In this document: positions 13,501 through 25,500 of the stretch, piece after piece
Layout of the letters: each line of letters begins with the position of its first letter
Position numbering within the stretch: the stretch's first letter is position 1
Assembly: GCA_003614675.1 (NCBI GenBank)
Contig: ML002314.1
Coordinates: 1-42,827, forward strand
DNA length: 42,827 nt
From: Dimargaris cristalligena
Lineage: Eukaryota
Direction of reading: 5' to 3'
Notes under the pieces: model-generated
Seen by the model: only the letters and a program-made list of their open reading frames with translations
Databases searched by the model: none
Told to the model about the DNA's origin: nothing
Position numbers and translations under genes: made by a program

Positions 13501-14740
13501 TTAGAAGGGGACCGAATATTGCCAAAAGTGACGCGCTGCTATGGACTTGCCGACCTGTCAAATAAAAACGATCCCATGTACTGGGTTGACGGAAGTGGGA
13601 AGTGCCAAGAAATTCGATGTAGCTGGGTCTGAAGGGCAATCATGAGTTCTATATTGCCAATGAAGGGCCGCTCGGCGGTATTAGCAGGGCAACAATGGTC
13701 AAACAAAGCACGGGCGTCCAATATAGTATTACGGAGGTTGTTGCGATAAAACTCACATGCGACCTATAATACACTTAATATGACAAATTGCCCGTCATTG
13801 ACAATTAGCAAGCGAGTATATTTTTTAATGACGCACAGCCTTATGGGGCACCCATTAAGTAAATAAAGTGTTGTATTACAGGGACAATACAATACGCTGC
13901 GTTTTACGGAATTGCTCGCAACGGCCCTGTGTATTGGATATGTAAAATTATAACAAGCAGGTGCTCCCAGGCTTTACCCGAGGTGCATTCTGATCATACC
14001 ATAGTTCCTCAAATTAAAGACACTATCTGCACAACACGCCGAGAGTAATTGCACCACCGTGGTATGGACACCTGCGTTACAACTCTTATAAAACATATAA
14101 AGTACTTTTGAGTTACAAAATCTGGTAGGACAGTGGCACATTAAAAGGGGCCCCTCTTTCATATATTTTTCTTGTGATGCATCTCTCATAGACATTTGCA
14201 GTATTGCTTTAGCTGTGACTATAATATCGACTTTTTACAGCCTAGTCCTGAATCACCTTTGCCATTACTAAATTATCCTAAGCATTGAAAATAATGTACC
14301 CTCCAAAAAAGGGAGGGGACAATGCGGTAGGTGGCAATAGCTTGATACGGACCCTTCTGCCCGTCCCATAGTGTACAAGTGCGGAATAGTATGCGGAAAT
14401 TCTAGAAAAGATATAAAGGGAATTCATAATCGACATCAAGGAATAGCGGGTCCTATTGCCAATGATATTATCAGTTTATCTTCGCGATGCCTACACGGCG
14501 AACCGTTGTATCTACAATACCCTATTTTTATCCAAAATCTACCCTTTGGGGCACAAAGACCACCCAATATCGCTTCCCCAAAGGCATAGGAATAGTTGCG
14601 TCTCCCGTAACTAAATGCACCCAACAGTTGGTTTGCATTATTATTAATATTTCGGGCTATTTTGGAAGTGTCAATCCCCTAAAGCTCGGCACGCTGATTT
14701 ATACGGGAGAGGTTCAATTAGGGGAGATGGTGTTGGGCTA

Positions 14741-14753
14741 GGGGGGGGGGGGG
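14741..14753 (+). repeat. Poly-G run (13 nt) within a G-tract-rich stretch
   Basis: Read directly; neighbouring GGGG/GGG/GGGGG tracts lie between ~14721 and 14784. Confidence 0.85.
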
Positions 14754-15631
14754 TTAGATTACCACTTCTCTTAGCAATGGGGGGTTAGAAGTACATGCGG
14801 TATAGTGTAGTGAATAGGAAAACTAAGGCATTCTGCCACGGATCATACTAACTCCGCTCACCCGCCCAAATTAATGGATAGGCCCTTCTGCCTAACCCGA
14901 ATTTTCCGGTTTCCGTTTTAGCCCAAGCTGTTTCATGGCCATCGCTGCCTTTTCCGCTGCCTAAACGAGAAACGAAAGGGGGACCTTTTGACCAGTTTGG
15001 ACTGTCGAAAGCACCCGTTCGAACGATTATGAGGTTAGGAGAGGAAATGCGCATGTCAGCTGACTAAACGAAGAAAAAGGAAATCGAAAATCGGAATTTA
15101 CAGTATCATCTGAGATGGAGGGGCCCCGGTGGAAAGTCGGATTGGGGTGCAGGGGGGTGGTTAACCAACGAACACAACCAACCTCGGACTGGGGTACCTT
15201 TGTCCCCACTTTGCAGCGCACTACTGGAGAGCCCTATATGTAGGAATGGGCGAGCTTGGGAGCAGATAGTATCTCGTAGGTTTGTGTTCAACTATCCATG
15301 GCCAAATACTTCAAAAATAGAATGGCTAAAATGGTCCAACAAGACGGCGTTTTCGAGTTTATTTAAAACTGGCCTATTTTTATGGGCCTTAAAATAGAAA
15401 TTGCCGTAAAAAATTGGTTGTAGTCGTACGCCAATGTAAACAATCGCCCTGGTAACGTTATTGACATCTCCCCGCCGTGCCTGTTGTTTGGGTTGGGATA
15501 CATCGCAAACGAATCCCCAAGCATGGTGTAATTACGCCCATCTAATAAGTTTGGCCATTTACCGGCACCGTGTCATTAGCATATTTTTGCTCAAAATGGG
15601 CTAGACGACAACGCCACCACATACACGGGGG

Positions 15632-17699
15632 CTAACAACCATAGGTAGATTGGAGTTGGGCAAACTCGGCCTTTAAAGCTGCATCGGTCCTAGGGTCGCT
15701 CAAACACCGATGGAAAATAGATGCCAAGGTGCTTTGTTCCTGACGGTCCATAAACATCTGTACCATAGTAAAGCGTGGGATTTGGGTAACACCGCGAAGT
15801 ATATCATACACAACCCGGGGACCCTCCGCACTATTAGGTGTAATTATTGCCAATTTAATTCCAGATATAAAGCAATCACACCGTGACTTTGGTCAGTTTA
15901 GACTATTCGATGTACCTGTAAACTGGCGAGGCCGTAAGCCCTTTTAAAGCCGGCATATGTTTAAAGCAGTTACGTAGTCCTATTTGGCTACTGGTATGGG
16001 ACGGACCCAGAACCTTGTAATAGTATAGCCACTATTAATCATTTGACTATATAACCTACCTGACAAAATTACTCTGTAACACTCGCAGAATATCCGCCAT
16101 ATAGTCGGCATCGAAGGTGCTTTGAAACAACGATTTTAGCTGATCGGGTTTAACCGCCTGTAGGGCATATGTATATACAATAAATTTAAATGTATGCATT
16201 AATAGGGGCCGGGGATGTTGCGTGAGGCAAGTAGTAAGGCAAAGTCTGTAAAGAAATTCCAAGCAGGTGGGTATATTGGCATGTATTTGGAGGCACCGTA
16301 ACTTACCTTTAAAAACCGAGCCAGTTGTACCGGGTCTCGCCGGTATGTCCGCCACCGGCGCTGGAAATCCAACATATTGGTGGGTGGGGCAATAGGGTCT
16401 TCAACCACGGGCAGCCTAGTCGACCGCACTTCTGAAGTGGTCTCGGTTTCAGTAGGCTGGTTCTTGAGGATACTGGTGAGGGTTGTTGATGGCTGCTGGT
16501 TGTTCGTAGGTGGCACAGGTTGGGCCGACGTAGTCTGGGCAATGTGATTTTGCAGTTCCTGGAAGGCATGTTCAGTGCTAATGACTTCCACTGGGATATT
16601 GCGCCCCTGCATTCCGAATGATTAGTATATACCATACACCGGTTAAATAGCGCAGAGTGTATCATAAAGTTCTTAAAAAGTAAATGGTGCCTGTTTGTTT
16701 TTAAAACTAACACCAGCAAAGTGACATGGGCATGCTAACATTTGTCCCGTTTTATAGCAATACCTGTAACTAACCTTAGCGGCCGGGGCAGGTGCGAGGT
16801 ACGACTCAACTAGGGCGAGCTCCTGCTGTACCGCCTTATTCTGAGGTTCAATGGTCAATGCACGTTTAAGATCTGAAAGGGCCCTCGGCGATACAGTAAT
16901 TAAGCGGTAAAAGTGTTATGACAAGTCCCTGAATCATATCAATGGTATGCGAGTGGTCCCGGAAATATACACGGAGACACCCAAATACATGAATTTATGC
17001 CTGCAGAGAGGGTCACGGATACCTAATTAAGTCTAAATTGAGGCTTACCATCACGCGCTTGGTCAAATTGTTGCTGAAATTTCCGACTGGTCCCTCGGCG
17101 CCAGAGAGCCTTTACGTTATCCGGGGCGTACTGTAAACTGGAGGTGCAGTCCAATTCTGCCTGACGGAAACTTTTAAAAATAAGGCGGTGATTGTAGAGT
17201 GTACATAATATATTGTCGCAAGGAATGAGGGCGTGCTAAGTTAGTACTAGAGTGAAAGGTATCGAACGATCGTAACAGGCGGTCAGGCATACCAATGAGT
17301 AGGATTCAAATCAGATTCATTCATTATGAGTATTACTTACGCATTGACCTTAAGCTGGGCCATGGCCCGGTTGTTGTAGAAAGTCGCATTTTCGGGGCTC
17401 AGTTCGATGCACTTGGTGTACGCCGCAATGGCATCGTCGTAGCGACCCTCCTTGAAAGCTAGGTTGCCCTGGGGTTCATTGAGGCCAATGAATAGTGTGA
17501 GTGAGTTAGTGGTGGCTAATTTTCCCTATCATTCGGGTCTTTCGCACTAGTAACAGTAAGTACGAGATGGCCAAGGTTTTAGTTCCGGTGCAGTTGGGAG
17601 GCATGGTAGTTTCGGAGTTAATGTAGCCAAGCTGGGTAGGTTAGTCGGAGGGTTTACCTGCGTTTTAATAGCTTCGGCTTGAGTTGCTGAAGTTGCCAT
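15632..17699 (-). CDS. TPR co-chaperone with RPAP3-C-like domain (RPAP3/SPAG1-like), 7 exons, ~328 aa
   Basis: Manual splice model, all GT-AG and phase-consistent: 17699-17658, 17468-17341, 17170-17049, 16872-16775, 16606-16307, 16157-16060, 15830-15632. Three TPRs (KTQGNLAFKEGRYDDAIAAYTKCIELSP; FYNNRAMAQLK; KALWRRG..DLKRALTIEPQN). C-terminus PTNMLDFQRRWR..LKSLFQSTFDAD..IPRFTMVQMFM resembles RPAP3_C. Confidence 0.85.
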
Positions 17700-18023
17700 G
17701 GTTGGTCCGAGTACTTGAAATGCGTAGACTTGTTAACTAGTATAGAGGCGATGCTTCCAGGTATGGGTGCATCTGCTTTCAAAGCCAGTCTTTGCATGGG
17801 CAAAGCGACTCTGTCTTTCCATGGGCGCTGTAAACCTGAGTGTTCCCTATAGCAAAAGTGCCGGAGGCAATACTTCCCTGGACTCTACGAGTTGGTCATT
17901 GGATCACGTGAGCAATTCTTCGGCCGAGTTGGGATTTAATATGCCTGACCAAATGGGCTTAAGTAAGAGCCAGGCCAGGCCAAAGCGCTGACTAAATACG
18001 AAGAAAAAAATAATTCACTAAAT

Positions 18024-18033
18024 TGAAAATTTC
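18024..18033 (+). promoter_or_regulatory. RRPE-like motif in the divergent TPR gene/RSA4 promoter
   Basis: TGAAAATTTC about 200 bp upstream of the RSA4 ATG, one mismatch to the yeast RRPE TGAAAATTTT. Function is inferred only. Confidence 0.3.
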
Positions 18034-18229
18034 TCGGAATCTCCTGATAGACCGATTTGCTTGCCAATTCACGCATGGCCGCGCTTACGCGGGGTACTTT
18101 GTCAGCCCAGTCTAAGAGGGAGAAGGCACTTAGCAGCGGTCTTATTGGTAAAACCGCCTTTTGTATACGGCTTCTTGACTTTTATACTCGCTCCTTCGTT
18201 AATAATACTAAATTGCAATCACAACCGCC

Positions 18230-19663
18230 ATGTCCGAGCCACCCGCTGCCCCTAGTGCGCAGCAACATGTCATTGCCCAATTCCAGACGGCCGAGGGAGT
18301 AGCCACCGGCCCCCCACTCAGTTTACCCGTCGATGTCACTCCGGGTCAATTAGGTCTACTCATTAACCAGCTTCTCCAAGCCGATGAACCCCATCCCTAT
18401 GCTTTTTACGTCGACGAAGCTGAGATCGTTCACACCCTCCAACAGGATGTCCTGCAGCGTCAGCAACGGAGTACCGAAGACAGCCTGACGATCGTGTACC
18501 AACCCCAGGCGCTCTTCCGCGTGCGCCCGGTCACCCGCTGCTCGGCCTCGCTGACCGGCCACACCGAAGCGGTGCTGCAAGTGAGCTTTAGTCCCGATGG
18601 CAACCAGCTGGCCAGCGCGTCGGGGGATACGACCGTGCGGATTTGGGACTTGAACACCGAGACGCCACGCTTCACCTGTGAGGGCCATACCAACTGGGTA
18701 CTGTCCCTAGCCTGGTCTCCCGATGGTACCCGACTGGCCTCGGGCAGTATGGATAATACCGTACGGTTATGGGACCCTCAGACGGGCCAGGCCCTAGGCG
18801 GCCCCCTCAAGGGTCACCGCAAGTGGATCACGGCCATTGCGTGGGAACCGTTCCACCTCAACCCGCATTGCACCCGCTTCGCCAGTTCGTCCAAGGACGG
18901 CACCGTGCGGGTATGGGATGCGGTACACCGCCGGGTACTGGTCACCATTTCGCAGCACACGGCCGCCGTCACCAGTCTCCGGTGGGGCGGCGACGGTCTG
19001 CTCTACTCGGGCTCCCAGGATAAAACCGTCAAAGTGTGGAATCCCTTGGAGGGCAAACTCGTCAAAACCCTAATGGGCCACGCCCACTGGGTGAACAGTC
19101 TGGCCCTCAGTACCGATTTCGTGCTCCGTACCGGCCCATTCGACCATACCGGTAAAACGTACCCGACCCCGGAAGAGGCCCAGCAGGTGGCGCTGAAACG
19201 TTACCAAGCTGCGCGGGGCAACCAACCCGAGCGCCTGGTGTCCGCTTCCGATGATTTTACCATGTTCCTGTGGGACCCCCTCAACGACAAGAAACCGATT
19301 GCCCGGCTCAACGGCCACCAGAAGATCGTCAACCATGTCAATTTCTCGCCCGACGGTCGCTTGATTGCCAGCGCTGGGTTCGATAATGGCGTAAAACTGT
19401 GGGACGGCGCCACGGGAAAATACCTGGCATCCCTACGGGGTCACGTCAGTGCGGTGTACCAGGTGTGCTGGTCGTCGGATAGTCGGATGCTTATAACATG
19501 CAGTAAGGACAGCACGGCCAAGACGTGGGATGTGCGCACCCGGACTCTGAAGGTCGACTTGCCGGGTCATGCCGATGAAGTGTTCACGGTGGACTGGAGT
19601 CCTGGAGGTGACCGAGTGGCCAGTGGTGGCAAAGATCGTGTATTGAAGATTTGGCGCCACTAA
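18230..19663 (+). CDS. RSA4: Ribosome assembly protein 4 / Notchless (NLE ubiquitin-like domain + WD40 repeats)
   Basis: Intronless 477-aa ORF. NLE domain ends STEDSLTIVYQPQALFRVRPVTRC, then WD40 repeats (GH...WD), LSTDFVLRTGPFDH, and C-terminal DLPGHADEVFTVDWSPGG..KIWRH. Confidence 0.97.
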   Translation: MSEPPAAPSAQQHVIAQFQTAEGVATGPPLSLPVDVTPGQLGLLINQLLQADEPHPYAFYVDEAEIVHTLQQDVLQRQQRSTEDSLTIVYQPQALFRVRPVTRCSASLTGHTEAVLQVSFSPDGNQLASASGDTTVRIWDLNTETPRFTCEGHTNWVLSLAWSPDGTRLASGSMDNTVRLWDPQTGQALGGPLKGHRKWITAIAWEPFHLNPHCTRFASSSKDGTVRVWDAVHRRVLVTISQHTAAVTSLRWGGDGLLYSGSQDKTVKVWNPLEGKLVKTLMGHAHWVNSLALSTDFVLRTGPFDHTGKTYPTPEEAQQVALKRYQAARGNQPERLVSASDDFTMFLWDPLNDKKPIARLNGHQKIVNHVNFSPDGRLIASAGFDNGVKLWDGATGKYLASLRGHVSAVYQVCWSSDSRMLITCSKDSTAKTWDVRTRTLKVDLPGHADEVFTVDWSPGGDRVASGGKDRVLKIWRH

Positions 19664-22556
19664 GTCATCGTGTTGGCTTATAAGGCGGGCATTGGATATG
19701 ACTAGACATACTATGGTATTTGAAGCTCTAGGTCGGCTTACATCAACTCTGCTGCTGTATCTACCGGTGACCCGTGTCGCCTAATGTAGCATATGTGACG
19801 GGTCTGATTTGTAGGGAGTGCCTCCGTATTAGGTATAGGCTAAATATATGTATGTTTTCCTCTATAGACTTTCCCGTAGACATATTACCCTATACTGGCC
19901 CAACTTGGTATAGCCGGTAAGGTGTTTGATTAAAATAGATTTAATACCTAGAATATATAAATACCATAGTATGTGCCTATAGTAATTCCCGTGGAGATTT
20001 AGAACCGCCCTGTTTAGCAATATGACTTGCCTGGGTAGCCTTGGAGTGGAGTGTTATTGTTTATTGATAAAATATGATTAATCTTCCAAATTGAATTCGA
20101 TGGCTGATTAGTGGAAGTTGAGGGTGGTTTCGTGAATAATGAGGGGAGTATATACAAATTCAGACACGCTAAACCCATACGGCTTAGTAACCTTGCTTGG
20201 GAAAATGTCTCCAACGGAATTAGGGGCCCCTGTATTTCCCATCTGATGGGGCTTCCGAAGACGCACTAGAGGGGATGTAAAGAGACATCCCAGCCATGGT
20301 ATTGGACTAAAGCCTGTTGGAAACCGGACATGCCCTTGTATAGTCGCAGCTTAGGCTAATGTTGGTAAAATGGACGTGGTTAAGCGAAAGAATGACTTCC
20401 TGGTGGTCGGCTTTTTTTATTAGAACTCTACCTGTTCTATAGTTGATTTCGATGATACGTCCTCGGTACTGATGGGTTTTTCCTCGACTGTTCATGGTGT
20501 ACAGTACGGTTACTAGGGAAATGTTCAATATAAGTAAATGTATAGATATGAAAGAAAAAAAGTGGTCTGGAATTAGACATAATACGTAAGGCGAATGTGG
20601 CGCTACCACGCCTATCACGGGCGATACACAGTGGCCTTGGCAACCAAGTTGTCTGCCAGCTAGGTCTCTTGGTGGACCTTCTAACCTTCACCTTAACACA
20701 CTAAACCAGCCAAATTTTGGGAGCCTTAGTCAAGTAATGAATTCCCAAGGAAAGAGTACAACTCGGATTAGCACTTACAGCCAGCCCGAAGGGGACGCGG
20801 GAGGTACGGGGTGTATTTTTTAAAGTCTTCCATGGATACATTTGACCAGGTAGGGCTGACGGGGGGAATCTCCTCTGGGCCATCACTAGATGGCGGGGAA
20901 GCGTGTCCACTTCGGGAATAATCCATTGTGTTCATAATGGCGTGTAATAAATTGCAAGAATGTTTCGTCCACTTAGGCGAAGGGGTTACAACGGACTCGG
21001 TAAAAATAGGTAAACGGAGCAAGGAAAAAAGGATATGGCTATAACTGGAGGTGGGGACAGGTCAGAGTATTTATAGCCGATTCCGCGACTGCAAAAACGT
21101 ACCATTGCTGAAATTTCTGAACGGCAATGGCTACTTCTGGGAACCATCAAACCATTCACCAGTATGCACTGGGATTCGCGATTTCTGGAGAAGGGGAAGA
21201 CTGGAATTTCCGAAGACAGCCTATATGGGTGTGAATAATGTAGGAGGGCCAACGACGTGAGTAGAAAAACAAGTGACCTTACCAGGTGATTGTTCCGCGC
21301 TATTGTGAACACTTGGGCAGCCTCACAGCTTCCAGTTACTAAAAGGAAACTAGTTAGCCGCTGACGCCCAGCCCAGCCTTGGTAGCCCATCGCTCACCTT
21401 ATGTCGGTGGCCTTTCATGGCCAACGGTTCACCTGCATCCTTCATAAAATAATCGAGTAGGGACGAAGTTCCGAACTGGGGAGGTTAGGGCATTTTGATG
21501 AGGGGCCGCACTCTTCGCATTGTTATTTTTACCCCCTTTCCGGGGATTGGATTGGCACCGAGTGATTGTTCACAGGTATGGCGAGCCATTCGGACAACCA
21601 CTGTTAGTACACTACTGAGTATAGTTGAAAACCGCGGGCGGATCTCATTCAATTGACTTGATATCTTCTTAAAAACCGGGGGTTTATAGTGCGATTCCCA
21701 AGCATGGATTTGGGTACCATCCAAAATAGTCGAAATGTATGGCAGGTTGGTGGTGGAAGTTATTTGCCTTACGAAGGCTTCTTTGTATTGCCATAGGAAT
21801 TTAAGTATTAACCCAGATTTCTGAAAACACAATGGGCGTTTGAAGAACATCAAGGAATTCTCTTTCGGATGACTATAGCCGGTCTTCCCAGGCTCAATTA
21901 TTCATATTCTTCTGACAAGAGAAACAGCCTCTGAATGCTTCACATGGTTCGGGATATCAGCCAGCTATGAAAAGGGTTAGATGTACAAGACGGTACGGGA
22001 GTGCTAGATAGAGTCAGTACACAGTCGACTTCGTCGGCGCCTGATGGAATTTATCTTAATGATATCAATCGCTGATATTAGGCCCATACCTTGCTCCCTG
22101 TTTCTGTGCTAGTTTTTATTATTCCTTCTTGATCGTCCAAGCGTCCACTGTTAACCAGGGCAGTTGTATTTTAGGGACACTAAAATATAAAATCCCACGC
22201 GCGGGGGGTTTTCTTCAGTGTGCCACTGCGCATTCATTGGAACTCCGTTTGCTCCCTAGATATTGTATGGCAAAAAAAGGGAATGACCAATTAAGCCCTT
22301 CGCTGCCACACCGCAGACTTAGTGCAGGTGCCACGAGAAGCCATAACACCGAGTTCGCCCGTCTGCACAAATATACTTTTTCAACGGCCACCCCTCGCTC
22401 CCTCGTGCCTTTTTCGTTTACGCACTCGTCCCTTATACATTTGCATTTCTTTTCCCAGTTTGACATCTATTCTCGTGGTAAAGCCCAGTCTCCAGCCCCA
22501 TTACCGCCCATTCTCCCTTTGACTCTCATTCGACCCGTCCTTTCCGCTACCTAACC

Positions 22557-25500
22557 ATGGGCCCCAAAACCTCACCAGAGCTCGGTGGTGGGCCTCACCC
22601 CCGGGGCGTCCGGCACAGCAAACAGGATTCCACCGCCTTTGAAAACCAGGTCGTCACCATGCTCAAAACCGCCCATACCGAGGACATGCTCATGCCTGGT
22701 AAGTAGCCAAATGCCACTTTAGGCAAGACTTGCCTAGTCTATTAGCACTACTCTTTACCAAAGCCTCTTTGCCCTTCTAATAGTTGCTACTCTGGCCTCT
22801 TTCAGTCTGATAGCTGACCCTTTACCGGACTCTGTGATAAAACCGCAACCACACGAATACAATTCGTTGGAGCGAATAGAGGCTTTGGTGCGGTTTACAT
22901 ACGCGGGGAACGCCGGAGTCTGATTCGTTCCCCCCTCATGTGACTGCTTTTCACCCCGGCCCACATATATTTGTATACAACGGATACGCCCAAGTGGACA
23001 ACTCTTTATGCAGGGCCTCATTGGTGGATTGTCCCTGTTTGATCAGGCGGGGTCCAATGGGTCAATCGCAGAAGCAGCAGTCGGCCTGCCCTTTCTGCCC
23101 ATAAAACTAACTATACTCCCCCCCTGACTTACTAACATCTAATATAACAACCACTTTCCTACTAGACGTATCCCGAGTACTGGTCATCTACACCGGTGGT
23201 ACTATTGGTATGAAGAATACGGACATGGGCTATGTCCCCGTGCCTAATTACCTAAGCCAGCTGTTGTCGAAAATCGACCGGTTCCATGATGCCACCCATG
23301 CGAGCAATAGCATCACCCTATCCCGTAATTCGTCGTTCCATTCCCTTTCGGACACCTCGCCCCCCGAATCTAGCGGGCCATCCCAGCGTGGTACTCCGCG
23401 GCTGTCTCCTCGTGGTTCCAGCCCGGGTGCAATGCCAATTGGAGACGATGCCGATCTAAATGTCGAAGGTGGCGATAACGATAGCGACGTGGATGAGGAG
23501 CCTGCTGAGGAATCCGTCACTTTTTCCCCCTGGTTAATCACTCCCCGCTCTCTCTATGGCAAACGTATCCGCTACCGAGTTATGGAGTACTCGCCTCTCC
23601 TTGATTCATGCAATATGACCATGTCTCGTAAGTACCGTCACCCTTTACTAAATTATATTACCCCCTCGGCTGTTTTTTGTAATTTCCTATCCAGCGGGCT
23701 GGGAATATTCTCATTTATCCCAATCTTTAAAACCCCGACCACTCAGTTCCTCCCCCATCCACCCAATTATATACCCAATTATGGTGGGGGAATACAGTGT
23801 ATGCAAAGGGCCTAACTAGCTTTTCTTGACCAGCTGGCCGAATACTAACAACACCTCCGGACATATTAACCCGGGTTATTTTTATGAATTGAAACCATGT
23901 TCCAGAATGGATTCGCATTGCCAGCGACATTGAAGCCCATTACTGTTCGTTCGATGCCTTCATCATTCTTCACGGTACTGACACCATGGCCTATACCGCC
24001 AGTGCGCTCAGTTTCCTATTGGAAGACCTCGGCAAAACCGTCATTCTGACCGGTTCCCAGGTTCCCATATCTGAAGTGCGTACCGATGCGATTGAGAATT
24101 TGCTGGGGGCGCTCACCATCGCGGGCCACTTTGTTATCCCTGAAGTGTGTCTCTATTTCGGCAATACTCTGTTCCGTGGGAACCGAACGTCCAAAACGGA
24201 TGCAATGGACTTTAATGCCTTTGAGTCGGCCAACATGGCGCCTCTGGTTAAAGTTGGGGTCAATATCGAAGTGAACTGGGCGGATGTGTTGCGACCCACG
24301 GCCATTTCCAAGTTCCGGGCCCACAAGGATATGAACCCCAACGTGGCAACCCTACGGCTATTCCCCGGGATCACTGCGGCGGCCATCCGGGCGTTTCTGA
24401 GTCCCCCCATTGTGGGGGTGGTATTGGAGACCTACGGAGCCGGCAATGCCCCCAATACCCGGCGGGACTTTTTTAAGGAGCTGAAAGCCGCCAGTGACCG
24501 CGGGGTGGTGATTGTCAATTGTTCCCAGTGTAAAAAGGGACTGGTCTCCGACCTGTATGCTACCTCCAAACACTTGATGGAGGCTCAAGTAGTCCCGGGT
24601 CGTGATATGACGGCCGAGGTAAGCAAGATTATAAATATATATGTAGAGATGGCTGGGTTATAGATGAGATTCTTGAAAAAAACAATGGCCTAAGATTGCT
24701 CAGTAACAACCTTTATGCACATTGATTCGGTTTCCATTATTCGACTATTTCCAAAATCCCAGTGTGCCTTAACCAAGCTCAGTTACTTGTTGGGTCGGCA
24801 GTACAGCCCCGAAGAATGCCGTATTCTAATGGGTAAGAACCTCCGCGGTGAGTTGACCAGTGTGGATCCACACCACGGCGTGGGATTCCACAATCGGGTT
24901 CACCATTTCCTTCAGTTCCTTGCCACCACCATGTTCAGCGAGCCATACCTGCCCACGATCCGCCCTCACCCCGGTGGCCATGATGGTGCCGATGAAGAAG
25001 CTCCGAGTTCCACCGGCAATAGCAGTGACATTTCCCCGATGGTCACCTCTCTCCAGCAAATGAATTTAATTGGGGAGTCGACCCCTGACGTTGGTGGCCA
25101 AAACGGACCTTTCATGGCCCACATTTCCACTCTGGAGGAGCGCCTGTCCATCGAAAAGACCTTTTTCCCTATTCTGATTTGCGCCGCCGCCGCCATTGAT
25201 GATTTAGAAGGACTGCGTACCCTGCGGCAGCTCCTCGGGGGCCGATTCCAACTTAACTGCGTCGACTATGATGGGCGAACCCCACTCCATTTGGCCGCAA
25301 GTGAAGGACGGTTCCGTGCGTGCGAGTTTTTGCTCACCAATGGGGCTAGCGTTCACGTGTTGGATCATTTTGGGCATACGCCAATTTTCGATGCCGTGCG
25401 CAAGCGCAGTCTTAAATGCGTCCAAATGCTGGTCCAGGCAGGGGCCATGTTTAACGGGACTGAACAGAAGGATATCTGTTTCCGATTTGCTAGGTAAGTG

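Noticed and set aside
21485-21853. 122-aa minus-strand ORF
   Set aside because: No motif and no supporting splice structure.
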